A DNA stretch of 64,000 nt, taken from Candidatus Cloacimonadales bacterium. Its GTDB lineage: Bacteria > Cloacimonadota > Cloacimonadia > Cloacimonadales > JAIOQZ01. This document shows, one piece after another, positions 39,652-49,027 of this stretch. Location of the stretch: assembly GCA_963662655.2 (NCBI GenBank), contig CAXXTU010000002.1, positions 1,440,001 to 1,504,000 on the forward strand, written 5' to 3'. Within the stretch, counting starts at the first letter, position 1, and each line of letters opens with the position of its first letter. The position numbers and the translations under genes are program-made. The notes below the pieces were generated by a model. It did no database searches, had not been told where the DNA came from, and worked only from the letters and a program-made list of their open reading frames with translations.

Positions 39652-39662
39652 GATCGCTCCTT

Positions 39663-40262
39663 TTAGAGGATGAGGTCAAGTGAATGGGCAACGCCGAGTG
39701 TGAGGGATGTAACCACAACACCGGCGATGATAACTCCTATAAAAATACACAGAATCGATTTCCAGAACTTGAGTCCAAGCAGGTACGCGGCAAACGAGCC
39801 TGTCCAGGCGCCGGTCACGGGCAGAGGGATCGCAACGAACAGAATCAATCCCAGCTCCTCGTACTTCTCCACGACAGCGCTCCGTTTACGCGTCCTGGCA
39901 AACATCCATTCCAGGAATCGCTTCGACCACGCATACCGAAAACCGATCTTCGTGATCCAGTCCAGAAAAATCAAGAGGAAAAATATCGGAACCATATTCC
40001 CCACCACGCTCAGCAGGAAAACCTTCCACCACACCAGATCGAAGAACTCGCATCCGATGGGGATAGCGCCCCTGAGCTCGAAGATGGGTAAGAACGATAT
40101 GAGCAGCACAATAACCTCGGAAGACAACCCGGCGCTCTCGAGTCGGGTAACGAAACGCTGCTTCCAACCCGTTTCCTCAGCATGGTCCTCGGGAACATTT
40201 TCTTCTGCCACAAGCGTAGTACATACAACCAGTAACAATATGATCGATATTAGTCTTGCCAA
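39663..40262 (-). CDS. Putative small multidrug export family membrane protein (COG2426)
   Basis: LPIFELRGAIP and FVAIPLPVTGAWTG; start set at the TTG after AGGAG. Confidence 0.85.
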   Translation of the reverse strand: MARLISIILLLVVCTTLVAEENVPEDHAEETGWKQRFVTRLESAGLSSEVIVLLISFLPIFELRGAIPIGCEFFDLVWWKVFLLSVVGNMVPIFFLLIFLDWITKIGFRYAWSKRFLEWMFARTRKRSAVVEKYEELGLILFVAIPLPVTGAWTGSFAAYLLGLKFWKSILCIFIGVIIAGVVVTSLTLGVAHSLDLIL

Positions 40263-40903
40263 CCTTCTTCTCCTAAAAGCGGAACAAACGCACATCCGCC
40301 CCATTTTTCCTGCGTGAATTCATCGCCTTCGCGTGTAATCCGTATCAATTCCTGCACATAACGTGATCCTGCAGGGATGACCAGCTTACCGCCGTCCGCG
40401 AGCTGATCGAGCAGAGGCTGCGGGATCTTTGGCGCAGCAGCGGAGACGATGATACGGTCGAACTCCTTAACGGGCGGATAAGCCTTCTCCCAACCCATGG
40501 TGCCGTCGCCCACGCGGAAATGGATATTCTGATATCCTAATCCATTCAGCGTGCGTTTCGCACGGCGCATCAGCGCGTCGATTCGCTCCACGGTGAAAAC
40601 CTCGGGGACCAGCTCCGCCAGCAGGGCAGTCTGGTAACCGCTTCCGGTTCCAATCTCGAGAACGCGATTATCCGCTTCGAGTTCCAGCAGATTCATCATC
40701 AGCGCAACGATGTACGGCTGGGAAATTGTCTGTCCCTCACCGATCGCCAGCGGATGATCGGCGTAGGAGTGCATCTTGAAATCGTCCGGGACGAAATCTT
40801 CCCGCGCCACCTTCATGAATGCAGCGAGAATCCGTGGATTGTGGATACCTCTTGCCTCGAGGTTATCCCGCACCATGATCAGACGTTGGTCTTCAAACTT
40901 CAT
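40250..40903 (-). CDS. pcm: Protein-L-isoaspartate O-methyltransferase
   Basis: GQTISQPYIVA, VLEIGTGSGYQ and FVPL; follows surE. Confidence 0.95.
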   Translation of the reverse strand: MKFEDQRLIMVRDNLEARGIHNPRILAAFMKVAREDFVPDDFKMHSYADHPLAIGEGQTISQPYIVALMMNLLELEADNRVLEIGTGSGYQTALLAELVPEVFTVERIDALMRRAKRTLNGLGYQNIHFRVGDGTMGWEKAYPPVKEFDRIIVSAAAPKIPQPLLDQLADGGKLVIPAGSRYVQELIRITREGDEFTQEKWGGCAFVPLLGEEGWQD

Positions 40904-41678
40904 CCGATTCCCCGCTTCCGCCGATGAAATCCAGTCCTTCGATCCACCGATTCACCGGTTTCGCGGCGGAATCGCACATGAAATCCGGGTAAAGGGGCGT
41001 AATCGAGACATATCCTGCGTGAACGCATGCGAAATCGGTGCCTTCCTCGCGTGACCAGTGCTGGATATCGCCGCCAACGAGGTAGGACTTCTCGCCTTCA
41101 TCGTCGATCACCTCTCTGACGAAGTTGCGATAGTGACGATGTCCCGGGCGCGTGAGACGAATGCCTCTGACCTCTTCCCGTGGCAGGTTCGGTACATTGA
41201 TATTCAAAATACTGGACTCGCCGACCTGATCGGCGATGCCTCGATCGAGTAGCTCTGCGACATACCACGCAGCCGTTTCGAAGCGCTGGTCCCTGTAATC
41301 CTGAATGGATACGGCCAACGCCTTCCAGCCGAGAAACATCGCCTCCAGCGCAGCCGCAACCGTACCCGAATACAGGATGTCCTCGCCCATGTTCTGGCCG
41401 GAATTGATGCCGGATATAACGATGTCGGGATTGCCTTCGACAAGCTTCTGCTGCGCCATGAAAACGCAATCCACCGGCGTACCGGTTACCGCGTAACGAT
41501 TCGGCTGTGAACTCTTTACATACAAAGGCTTTCTGATCGTAATCGAATGGGATGACGCACTGCGTTCATGATGCGGAGCGACAACCGTCACGCGATGGCC
41601 GCGTCTTTCAAGCTCCTCCGCCAGCACGTTGATCCCGATCGCGTCGATCCCGTCGTCATTGGTTAACAATATATTCAC
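40893..41678 (-). CDS. surE: 5'/3'-nucleotidase SurE
   Basis: ILLTNDDG, GTPVDCV and SGINSGQNMG..YSGTVAAA. Confidence 0.95.
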   Translation of the reverse strand: MNILLTNDDGIDAIGINVLAEELERRGHRVTVVAPHHERSASSHSITIRKPLYVKSSQPNRYAVTGTPVDCVFMAQQKLVEGNPDIVISGINSGQNMGEDILYSGTVAAALEAMFLGWKALAVSIQDYRDQRFETAAWYVAELLDRGIADQVGESSILNINVPNLPREEVRGIRLTRPGHRHYRNFVREVIDDEGEKSYLVGGDIQHWSREEGTDFACVHAGYVSITPLYPDFMCDSAAKPVNRWIEGLDFIGGSGESDEV

Positions 41679-41695
41679 AATATCCTCTCACTTCT

Positions 41696-41995
41696 TTAAA
41701 ACAAATTGTTGGTTGCCCATAAGCCAATGCCAATCACGAAAGCGGCGACAGCCACAACGCTGATTATCCAGATGTATCGATCCAGAATGCGCTTGAATGT
41801 CTTCGGGCGGAAATCGTCGAAGCTCGATTTATTCAATAAGCGATAACCCTTCTGCGTTGGATGAATCCACTTTACTTTACCATATTTCGTTACGAACGGC
41901 AGCAGGCCCTTTTTCAGGAGATATTGTTTGTTCTCTTCCGTAATATCCGTTACTTCGTCTGGATCAATGAATCGATCCCTTCTTTGTTCCTTCAT
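41696..41995 (-). CDS. Hypothetical protein with a C-terminal TM helix
   Basis: 99-aa ORF inside the minus-strand operon, overlapping the upstream GT2 gene. Confidence 0.65.
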   Translation of the reverse strand: MKEQRRDRFIDPDEVTDITEENKQYLLKKGLLPFVTKYGKVKWIHPTQKGYRLLNKSSFDDFRPKTFKRILDRYIWIISVVAVAAFVIGIGLWATNNLF

Positions 41996-42677
41996 GTATC
42001 ACAACTCCAATAAAATTCATGATGTCTCTCAGGTGCCGGATGTTGCTCGGCTGATCATTGTAAATCGTTCCAATGGGCACGTGCGCTATAACACCGTCTT
42101 TGCGTGCGTATTCGAAGATTACCTCCGACTCGAATTGGTAGCGATCGGTGCGCAACACGCATTGCTTCAAATGCTCGAGGCGATACAAGCGGTAGCCGCT
42201 CTGGGAATCGCAAACCCTCTGCCTGCACATGAGCGACACGATTACGCTCGTGATCGTATTGCTGGCAATCCGCGCAATCGGCATGGTACCGAAACGGAAG
42301 TCCCGCTTTCCGATTACCAGATCCGCTTCGGTCCTGTTCTGCACCGCAATGAACCGCACCATCTGGTCCGGATGGTGCTGCATGTCACTGTCCAAAGTCA
42401 TTGCGAATTCGAATCCCTGCTGCATCGCAAGATTGAAGCCAGCCTTCAGAGCCGCTCCTTTCCCGCGATTCACCTTCATCTCATGCACTTGTACGCCGTG
42501 ATCCTGGCAAATCTCGACAGAATCGTCTTCCGAACCGTCATCAACGCAGATGACCTGTTTCGCGTCCACGAAGGCCAGCACTCCCCAGAGTAGCTCGGGC
42601 AGCGTAGCGGCGGCATTGAATACCGGTATGACGATTGCCGTGTTGTCCCAACAGGCCCAAGGATTGCTCTGGCTCAC
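41964..42677 (-). CDS. Glycosyltransferase family 2 (DPM1-like)
   Basis: IVIPVFN, VDDGSED, NRGKG, LDSDMQH and DSQSGYR. Confidence 0.9.
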   Translation of the reverse strand: MSQSNPWACWDNTAIVIPVFNAAATLPELLWGVLAFVDAKQVICVDDGSEDDSVEICQDHGVQVHEMKVNRGKGAALKAGFNLAMQQGFEFAMTLDSDMQHHPDQMVRFIAVQNRTEADLVIGKRDFRFGTMPIARIASNTITSVIVSLMCRQRVCDSQSGYRLYRLEHLKQCVLRTDRYQFESEVIFEYARKDGVIAHVPIGTIYNDQPSNIRHLRDIMNFIGVVIHEGTKKGSIH

Positions 42678-42688
42678 ACAAGTTCCTC

Positions 42689-44077
42689 TTATTTCCGCTT
42701 CGATTTCCAGATGGTTCCGTCTTTCGTATCGAGCAACTCGATTCCGATATCGGCCAGATCGTTGCGAATCCTGTCCGCCATCGTGTAATTCTTTTCCTTC
42801 TTGAACAGCACCCGGTATTCAATCATCATCTCGACCAGCTTCCCCGAGAGATCGTCCTTCGCGAGCTTCTTCTCCAGGTCGGAGAAGAAGCCCAACACGC
42901 TTCCGATCTCCACCAAAGCGTGGGCGTATTCGTTTCGAATGTCCGAGGGGATTTCAAGGCTCTTTATCTTTCGTGTAAGCTCAAAGAGAATCGCAATGGC
43001 TTTGGCGGTGTTGAAATCGTCGTCCATCGCCTCTTTGAACTCGTCATAGTACTTCTGTGCGTATTTGCCGAACTTCCCGCCAGGATTTTGTATCTTCAGG
43101 AAGTCGATGAACTCCAGCGCATCGTAGAAATTCGCTACGCCGCTCTTGCTCTCCTCGAGCAGCTCGGGAGAGTAGTCGATCGGGCTCCTGTAGTGCTTGG
43201 AGAGGAAAAACAGCCGGACAACTTCCGGATCGAATTTTTCCAGCACATCGCGCGTCGTGAAGAAATTACCCAGACTCTTGGACATCTTCTCGCCGGACAT
43301 GTTCAGAAAGCCGCCGTGCATCCAGTAGTTCGCCAGAGGCTTGCCGTTTTGCGCGTAGGCCTGTGCCTGCTCGTTCTCGTGATGCGGGAACACCAGGTCG
43401 ATGGCGCCACCGTGGATGTCGAAGGTCTCGCCCAGAAGATCGCGGGACATCACCACACACTCCGTGTGCCACCCCGGGCGGCCTTCGCCCCAGGGACTGT
43501 TCCACGTCGGCTCACCGGGCTTCGAACGCTTCCAGAGCGTAAAATCAAGCGGATTCTTCTTCTGCTTGTTCTCCTGAATGCGCGCCCCCACCATCTGATC
43601 GTCGATGTTCTTCCCCGAAAGGCTCCCGTAGTTGTCGAGCTTATCCACCGAGAAGTAGACATCGCCGTCGGCTTCGTACGCAAAGCCATTTTTCTCCAGT
43701 TCGCGAATGAAACCGATCATCTTGCCGATGTACTCGGTTGCCTTGGGCGCGTACGTGGTCGGGCGTAAACCCAGCTTCGCGGTATCTTCGAAGAAAGCCT
43801 TCGTGTAGCGCTCAGCTACATCGGAAGCAGGGACGTTCTCGGTGATGGACTGGTTGATGATCTTGTCGTCGATGTCTGTGATATTCTGCACGAAAGTCAC
43901 TTCGTATCCGGCATATTCCAGATAGCGGCGGACGACATCGAAGAACATGAATGTTCGCGCGTTACCGATGTGGAAATAATTATATACTGTGGGACCGCAG
44001 GCGTAAAGCTTCACTTTCCCGGGTTCCACCGGTTTGAATTCTTCTTTCTGCCTTGTCTGCGTGTTGTAGATTTTCAT
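42689..44077 (-). CDS. cysS: Cysteine--tRNA ligase
   Basis: CGPTVY, HIGN, GRPGWHTEC, FPHHENE and KMSKS. Confidence 0.98.
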   Translation of the reverse strand: MKIYNTQTRQKEEFKPVEPGKVKLYACGPTVYNYFHIGNARTFMFFDVVRRYLEYAGYEVTFVQNITDIDDKIINQSITENVPASDVAERYTKAFFEDTAKLGLRPTTYAPKATEYIGKMIGFIRELEKNGFAYEADGDVYFSVDKLDNYGSLSGKNIDDQMVGARIQENKQKKNPLDFTLWKRSKPGEPTWNSPWGEGRPGWHTECVVMSRDLLGETFDIHGGAIDLVFPHHENEQAQAYAQNGKPLANYWMHGGFLNMSGEKMSKSLGNFFTTRDVLEKFDPEVVRLFFLSKHYRSPIDYSPELLEESKSGVANFYDALEFIDFLKIQNPGGKFGKYAQKYYDEFKEAMDDDFNTAKAIAILFELTRKIKSLEIPSDIRNEYAHALVEIGSVLGFFSDLEKKLAKDDLSGKLVEMMIEYRVLFKKEKNYTMADRIRNDLADIGIELLDTKDGTIWKSKRK

Positions 44078-44616
44078 TTATCCTCCAGAGACAGGATCGT
44101 AATCACCGTCTCCCCCATTTTTTTCTCATAAATTCTATGCTCGAACCACTCGTCGGAGATGGGCTCATCGAAGGCGTGCTCCACCAGGATCCGGCCATAA
44201 GGCTTCAGCAAACTCCGCTCGAAGATAATCCGCAGAGTGCGGTTCACCATATCCTTGCGGTAAGGCGGATCCATGAGGATCAGGTCATATTGATTCTCCG
44301 TCTCCTCCAGAAACGACGCAACCTTCTTCTTCTTTACGTGCGTAGCTTCTTGACATCCGAGCTTCTCGATGTTCTTCCAGATCGCTTGCACCGCTTTCTG
44401 ACTCGAATCCACGAAGTTAGCTTCCAGCGTCCCTCTGCTCAAGGCCTCGAGTCCCAGCGCTCCGCTTCCGGCGTAGAGATCGAGAACGACGTCGTCATCG
44501 TAGAGATCGAGGACTCCGAACATGACTTCCTTCACGAAGTCAGTGGTCGGCCTCGTGCGATCGCCAGGCACCGAGAACAGATGGAACCCCTTGTACTTGC
44601 CGGTTATAATCCGCAT
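44074..44616 (-). CDS. rsmD: 16S rRNA m2G966 methyltransferase
   Basis: MRIITG, TRPTTD, LDLYAGSGALGLEALSRG and DPPY. Confidence 0.95.
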   Translation of the reverse strand: MRIITGKYKGFHLFSVPGDRTRPTTDFVKEVMFGVLDLYDDDVVLDLYAGSGALGLEALSRGTLEANFVDSSQKAVQAIWKNIEKLGCQEATHVKKKKVASFLEETENQYDLILMDPPYRKDMVNRTLRIIFERSLLKPYGRILVEHAFDEPISDEWFEHRIYEKKMGETVITILSLEDK

Positions 44617-44681
44617 CGCTCCCCCTTTCTCACTCCGGTGTCATTTAAAATACCAGTAAATGATCCTGCGGCAGTCACCCG

Positions 44682-44843
44682 TTACGAGCGTCGCGAATAC
44701 TTCTTACTGCCGAATTTTATCTCAAGCTGCTCCGGCCTCGGTTCGAAGTTCGGGCAGGTCAGCAATATCACTTCGATCGACTGCTTGCACTTGTTCAAGC
44801 ACTTCGCGCACAGTTTGTTGATTTCTTTATTCTTCGTTTCCAT
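44682..44843 (-). CDS. Small Cys-rich (putative metal-binding) protein, 53 aa
   Basis: Read manually: METKNKEINKLCAKCLNKCKQSIEVILLTCPNFEPRPEQLEIKFGSKKYSRRS*. Fills the gap in the operon and overlaps the upstream gene's end. Confidence 0.7.
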   Translation of the reverse strand: METKNKEINKLCAKCLNKCKQSIEVILLTCPNFEPRPEQLEIKFGSKKYSRRS

Positions 44844-45378
44844 GAAAAATCTTCAGTAAGTCTCCCAATGTTATTTCCTGCAATTTCCTGTTTCCACCCA
44901 GAATCTTCACGGTTCGATCGGCGAAATCGGCAATCCGCATCGACATCACGCCTCCCGTAATTTCAGGAATCGATGGCGCTGCAACCGGTTCCGGAGATTC
45001 CTCTTCCTCGTAAGAACCCTCCAGAAAAGCCTTCCTCGCCTGCGGGGCAAGCTCCTCGTCCGATTCGACAGCCAGCTCCTCGTCGTCTTCATTTTGTTGA
45101 CGCATGGATTCCTGTAATCTCTCGAAGCGATCCTGCGGAATAATCTTCAGTCTTTTCCGCTCGTCGGCGGAGAAAATCTCCGTAATGCGGGAATTATAGT
45201 GCAGCTTCTCGTCGCTCAGGATTTTTTCCTGAACCGATTCGAGCTTCTCCAGTATCTCTTCATCGCCTCGCTCGGCATGCAGCTTTCGATACACGGCCAG
45301 CGCGTCGAAAAGCTGGTTTTGCGATTCATACAACTGTGCAAGCGTCAACGTGGGCGCCAATGACTTGGATGGAGCCAT
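44827..45378 (-). CDS. Hypothetical protein with a TPR-like N-terminal helix pair
   Basis: TLTLAQLYESQNQLFDALAVYRKL followed by an acidic linker. Confidence 0.7.
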   Translation of the reverse strand: MAPSKSLAPTLTLAQLYESQNQLFDALAVYRKLHAERGDEEILEKLESVQEKILSDEKLHYNSRITEIFSADERKRLKIIPQDRFERLQESMRQQNEDDEELAVESDEELAPQARKAFLEGSYEEEESPEPVAAPSIPEITGGVMSMRIADFADRTVKILGGNRKLQEITLGDLLKIFHGNEE

Positions 45379-45379
45379 A

Positions 45380-45985
45380 TCAATCTCCCAGGTAAATTTG
45401 AGGTTTTATTTTCTGCAACGTCTTCTCGCCGATTCCTTCCACATCCAGCAGGTCGTCAATCGAAGAAAAACCGCCATGTTCTTCTCGGTAGCGTATAATC
45501 CGGGCGGCAAGTACCTTGCCGACCCCCGGAAGCGTCATGATCTCTTCCATGCTCGCATGATTGAGATCGATCCTTTCGCCTTCAGCAACGGCAGAAAAAC
45601 CCAGTAAAGAATCTTCGCGAGCGGTTTCGTTGTCAAGGGGTATCAGGTACGGAAGCATTCGTTCGTACAGTTTTTCACCAATTCCGCGGACTTTCATCAG
45701 GTCCTTACGGCACGTAAAGCCCGTCTGCGTAGCATAGGCGACAATCGCCTGCGCCTTCTTCTCGCCGATTCCCGGAATCGACATCAGATCAGCCATCATT
45801 GGATTCCTCAAATCGATCCGCAGGTCGCTCTGATGCAGCCGGACTTTCAGAGAGTCCACCTGTACCCGGTTATCGCCGGTTTCCCCCGCGAAGAATCGAG
45901 CTGTCATTCCCAGAAGGGCAAATCCCATGAGAAACAGCAGCACGCGCTGTTCCCCGGGCGTGAAGAGCTTGCTCAATGGATTCAT
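45380..45985 (-). CDS. comEA: ComEA family DNA-binding protein with two helix-hairpin-helix domains
   Basis: N-terminal TM segment; IDL..SIPGIGEKKAQAIV and IDLNHAS..LPGVG..A.RII.YRE..G.F....DL..V.GIGEK. Confidence 0.85.
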   Translation of the reverse strand: MNPLSKLFTPGEQRVLLFLMGFALLGMTARFFAGETGDNRVQVDSLKVRLHQSDLRIDLRNPMMADLMSIPGIGEKKAQAIVAYATQTGFTCRKDLMKVRGIGEKLYERMLPYLIPLDNETAREDSLLGFSAVAEGERIDLNHASMEEIMTLPGVGKVLAARIIRYREEHGGFSSIDDLLDVEGIGEKTLQKIKPQIYLGD

Positions 45986-45986
45986 T

Positions 45987-46379
45987 TCATTCCTTCACGC
46001 GAACGAACACGGCAGAAGCCTTCGCATGGATTCTCCCGTTCGTATCGGCAAGTTTCGCGCTGCATTCAAGGATACGGCCTTTATCGTTATCGATGATGCC
46101 GCTTACGATGTATTCGTTTTGCGTGTGGACCGGCTTCTTGTATTCCAGATTCATGCGCCCGGTAACGGCCATTCCGCCCTTCGCCAGGCATATCTTCGCC
46201 ATCGCTTCGTCCAAAAGGGCCGCAACCATTCCCCCGTGAACCACGCCCGGATAACCGGCGAATTTCTCGGGGATGTTCACCTGCGCCACAGCACGGTCGT
46301 CCGGATACGTGAACACAAGCTGAAGTCCGTCCGGATTATCCTTCCCGCAAATGAAGCAACGATTGTAGTTTTCGCTCAT
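45987..46379 (-). CDS. PaaI family (hotdog) thioesterase
   Basis: CFICGKDNPDGL and GYPGVVHGG...LLDE. Confidence 0.9.
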   Translation of the reverse strand: MSENYNRCFICGKDNPDGLQLVFTYPDDRAVAQVNIPEKFAGYPGVVHGGMVAALLDEAMAKICLAKGGMAVTGRMNLEYKKPVHTQNEYIVSGIIDNDKGRILECSAKLADTNGRIHAKASAVFVRVKE

Positions 46380-46472
46380 AGTATCTCCCAAAATCCCATA
46401 AAATCTTACTGTCGTCGCCCTTTTCATTGACATCCGGGCCGCTCACGGTTTTCTCAACCTCCGGAGGAAACA

Positions 46473-46712
46473 ATGCGACCGATTGAACGACATATTCTCT
46501 CAAAAATCGACGACAAAGGCATCACTTTCGACCGTGTTGAAGAAATCATCGACGGTACAACCAGACAGGAGCTCAAGAAAAGTTTCCCGGACGATTCGAT
46601 CTTCCAGTCTCCGCGGTATTTCGCGAAAATCATCCTGGATGGGCTGCTGAGGCGCGGAGCGGTCGAGAAGAAAGACGGGAAATTCTTCAAGCCGTCACCC
46701 AAGAAAGATTAG
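46473..46712 (+). CDS. Small hypothetical protein (possible winged-helix)
   Basis: GGAGG SD; upstream TTGACA; LDGLLRRGAVEKKDGKF resembles a wHTH wing. Confidence 0.6.
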   Translation: MRPIERHILSKIDDKGITFDRVEEIIDGTTRQELKKSFPDDSIFQSPRYFAKIILDGLLRRGAVEKKDGKFFKPSPKKD

Positions 46713-47257
46713 CCCATGATCTCCTGATCGTACTTCGTCATCGCATCGATCGACAACTGAAGAAAATCCGCCAATTCGAACCCGATATCGCTGCAAGTCG
46801 CAATCTGCTCCCGGTTCGCGCCGGCGGCAAAGCTCTTCGATTTATATTTCTTCTTCAGGGATTTCAGTTTGACTTCCGCAATCGTCCGCTCGGGCTGCAT
46901 CAGCGCTGCCGCCGTAATCAGGCCGGTGATCGGATCCGCGGCGTACAGGCTCTTGTCCAGAAGCGATTCGAGAGGCGCGTGATCCGCGTGCGCCTTCACC
47001 GCGTGTACGACATCGCCGGGAAGCCCTTCCTTCTCCAGCATTTCTGCGCCCATCACGCTGTGGCTGTCCGGATCGTCCATCGTGAATTCGTAATCGATGT
47101 CATGCAGCAATCCCGTGACAAACCACTTCTCCCCGTCTTCGTTAAAATGCTTCGCCAGCGCTTCCATCACCGCACCGACCGCCAGGCTATGCTTGCGGAG
47201 GTTCTCGTTTTGGAGGTTCCTGTAAAGAAACTCGAATGCCTTTTCACGATCCATCAT
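46709..47257 (-). CDS. HDIG domain metal-dependent phosphohydrolase
   Basis: KHSLAV, GLLHDIDYE, AADPITGLI and KSFAAGANRE. Confidence 0.9.
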   Translation of the reverse strand: MMDREKAFEFLYRNLQNENLRKHSLAVGAVMEALAKHFNEDGEKWFVTGLLHDIDYEFTMDDPDSHSVMGAEMLEKEGLPGDVVHAVKAHADHAPLESLLDKSLYAADPITGLITAAALMQPERTIAEVKLKSLKKKYKSKSFAAGANREQIATCSDIGFELADFLQLSIDAMTKYDQEIMG

Positions 47258-48074
47258 ATCGATTGTCCTTATAATCCCACTGCCGGAGCGCCTCGTAGCA
47301 GGTTACAGCGAACGAGGTGGCGACATTGAGAGAGTTTTTCCATCCATTTACTGGAATCTGCACGATGCGGTCAACCATTTTCAGCAAATCCTCTTCAATT
47401 CCAAGCGCTTCGTTGCCCACGAGGATCGCGCAGGGACGCGGGAAATCGAATTCGTGGATCGAAGGCGCTTGCTGCACGGTTTCCAGGGCAATCACCGGAA
47501 TACCCAGGGACTGCAACTCGCGTATCAACGCCTTTGCATCCTCGCGATACTCCCAGGCAACATGCCCGGCCGTTTCCATCGAGGTTTTACTCACCTTCGC
47601 GTTCTCAGGAGTCGCCGTGTATCCGCAGAGATAAAGTTTTTCGATCCCGACACATTCCGCAACACGGATTAACGCGCCAACGTTGAAGGCCGACCGCAGA
47701 TTATTCACGATCCCAAGCAGGGGAATCTGCCTTGCCTCCCCCGATCCGTCGCCTTTGGCGATTGTGATGTCCATATCCTTCGGCTCGTGACCCAGCTTGC
47801 GCAAAATGGGAATCGCGATGCCTTGATACGTTCGCACATCCGCCCGGTCTTCATGCAATTCCGCGTGATCGACGAGTCTAACGATATCAGAGACGACTGC
47901 TACGAAATCACCATCGTCTCCGATATCCTTCGCAAACTGCCCGAGACCGGCAAGGTTATCGCGGCGCGAGGCAACATCGGGCCATTCCTCTTCAATCTTC
48001 AGCAGATAGTCCCGCAGGATTTTCCGTTTCTTGTTCCGGTCGAAACCGGCGATCTTCTTTTTGGAGTACTTCAT
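47244..48074 (-). CDS. TrmH/SpoU family RNA methyltransferase with an N-terminal extension
   Basis: NLRSAFNVGA..R, GNEALGI and IPVNGWKNSLNVA. Confidence 0.9.
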   Translation of the reverse strand: MKYSKKKIAGFDRNKKRKILRDYLLKIEEEWPDVASRRDNLAGLGQFAKDIGDDGDFVAVVSDIVRLVDHAELHEDRADVRTYQGIAIPILRKLGHEPKDMDITIAKGDGSGEARQIPLLGIVNNLRSAFNVGALIRVAECVGIEKLYLCGYTATPENAKVSKTSMETAGHVAWEYREDAKALIRELQSLGIPVIALETVQQAPSIHEFDFPRPCAILVGNEALGIEEDLLKMVDRIVQIPVNGWKNSLNVATSFAVTCYEALRQWDYKDNRYDGS

Positions 48075-48198
48075 ACGAACAAGTTCAATCGCAGCATTAT
48101 GAGAGTCAATTCATTTTTATGTTGCAATTGTATCGATAGGATGGATGATTGGTTCTCGGGTTATACGAGATGACCAGGATGATTTTCCGGAGGTAATC

Positions 48199-48594
48199 AT
48201 GAAATCGGAATACAAGCGCAAGATTTTCGGTTACGAGTGCGACATTTACGGCCATTTGAACAACGCGAATTATCTTCACGTCTTTGAAGAAGCTCGCTCC
48301 AAGGCAATTGCGGACCTGGGCGTATCGGTTTCCGAATTGTTTGAAATGAACGTCCATATCTACATCACTGATGTCCGTATTCAGTTTCTGCGCGGCGTTC
48401 CGCTAGAGGACACCATAACCGTCCTAACCTCCCCCGTGAAGGCCAACCGCCTGAAATCCACGTGGCACCAGGAAATCTACGATCAGGCCGGGAACCTGTG
48501 CAGCATCGGAGAGATCGTTGCCGTTTTCGCCCGAGACGGAAAGCCGTACCGGATTTCCCAGGACCTCATGGAGAGGTTGGGCATCGAGGGATAG
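48199..48594 (+). CDS. Acyl-CoA thioesterase (YbgC/4HBT family)
   Basis: ECDIYGHLNNANY..FEEAR; GGAGG SD. Confidence 0.9.
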   Translation: MKSEYKRKIFGYECDIYGHLNNANYLHVFEEARSKAIADLGVSVSELFEMNVHIYITDVRIQFLRGVPLEDTITVLTSPVKANRLKSTWHQEIYDQAGNLCSIGEIVAVFARDGKPYRISQDLMERLGIEG

Positions 48595-48796
48595 CCCTCA
48601 CGCTTCGAACACAATAGAGCCCAACCCCTAATTCGCCTTTCACATAAAGCCGCGTTAACTCCCTGATACATTGGGTGTTGTTACAAAGTATGGGCCCTCC
48701 GACTTTATTGAAACAGGAATGTACTAACAAATCCTCGAAGTTTTCTGTAAGATTTTGTGAATGAGTTTTACTTCATTGATATGGAAAAAATCGTTA

Positions 48797-48915
48797 GCCC
48801 TTCGACTCAATAGGTGATCCAGGTTATCACTTCGTGAAACCTACAGATCAAGGGTGACAAACAATAATTTCCCATATAATTAACCATCGTGTCATCCTGA
48901 GCGGAGTCGAGGGGC
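48797..48915. repeat. REP-like inverted repeat pair with an interrupted left arm
   Basis: Right arm TGTCATCCTGAGCGGAGTCGAGGGGC (48890-48915). The left arm is its inverse, split as GCCCTTCGACTC...TCAAGGGTGACA by a ~39-nt palindromic insert. Confidence 0.6.
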
Positions 48916-48981
48916 ACACGGTGGATAACGTCGTCAAACAATCACGGACCAAGGTAATACAGACTAAGCGCGTTAATTTCA

Positions 48982-49010
48982 TTGACATTTTATTGAATTG
49001 AATTCATTCT
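48982..49010 (+). promoter_or_regulatory. Putative sigma70-type promoter
   Basis: TTGACA-N17-CATTCT just upstream of the CBS gene; identical hexamers to the promoter at 6095. Confidence 0.45.
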
Positions 49011-49027
49011 GTGATCGGAGGTCCGTT

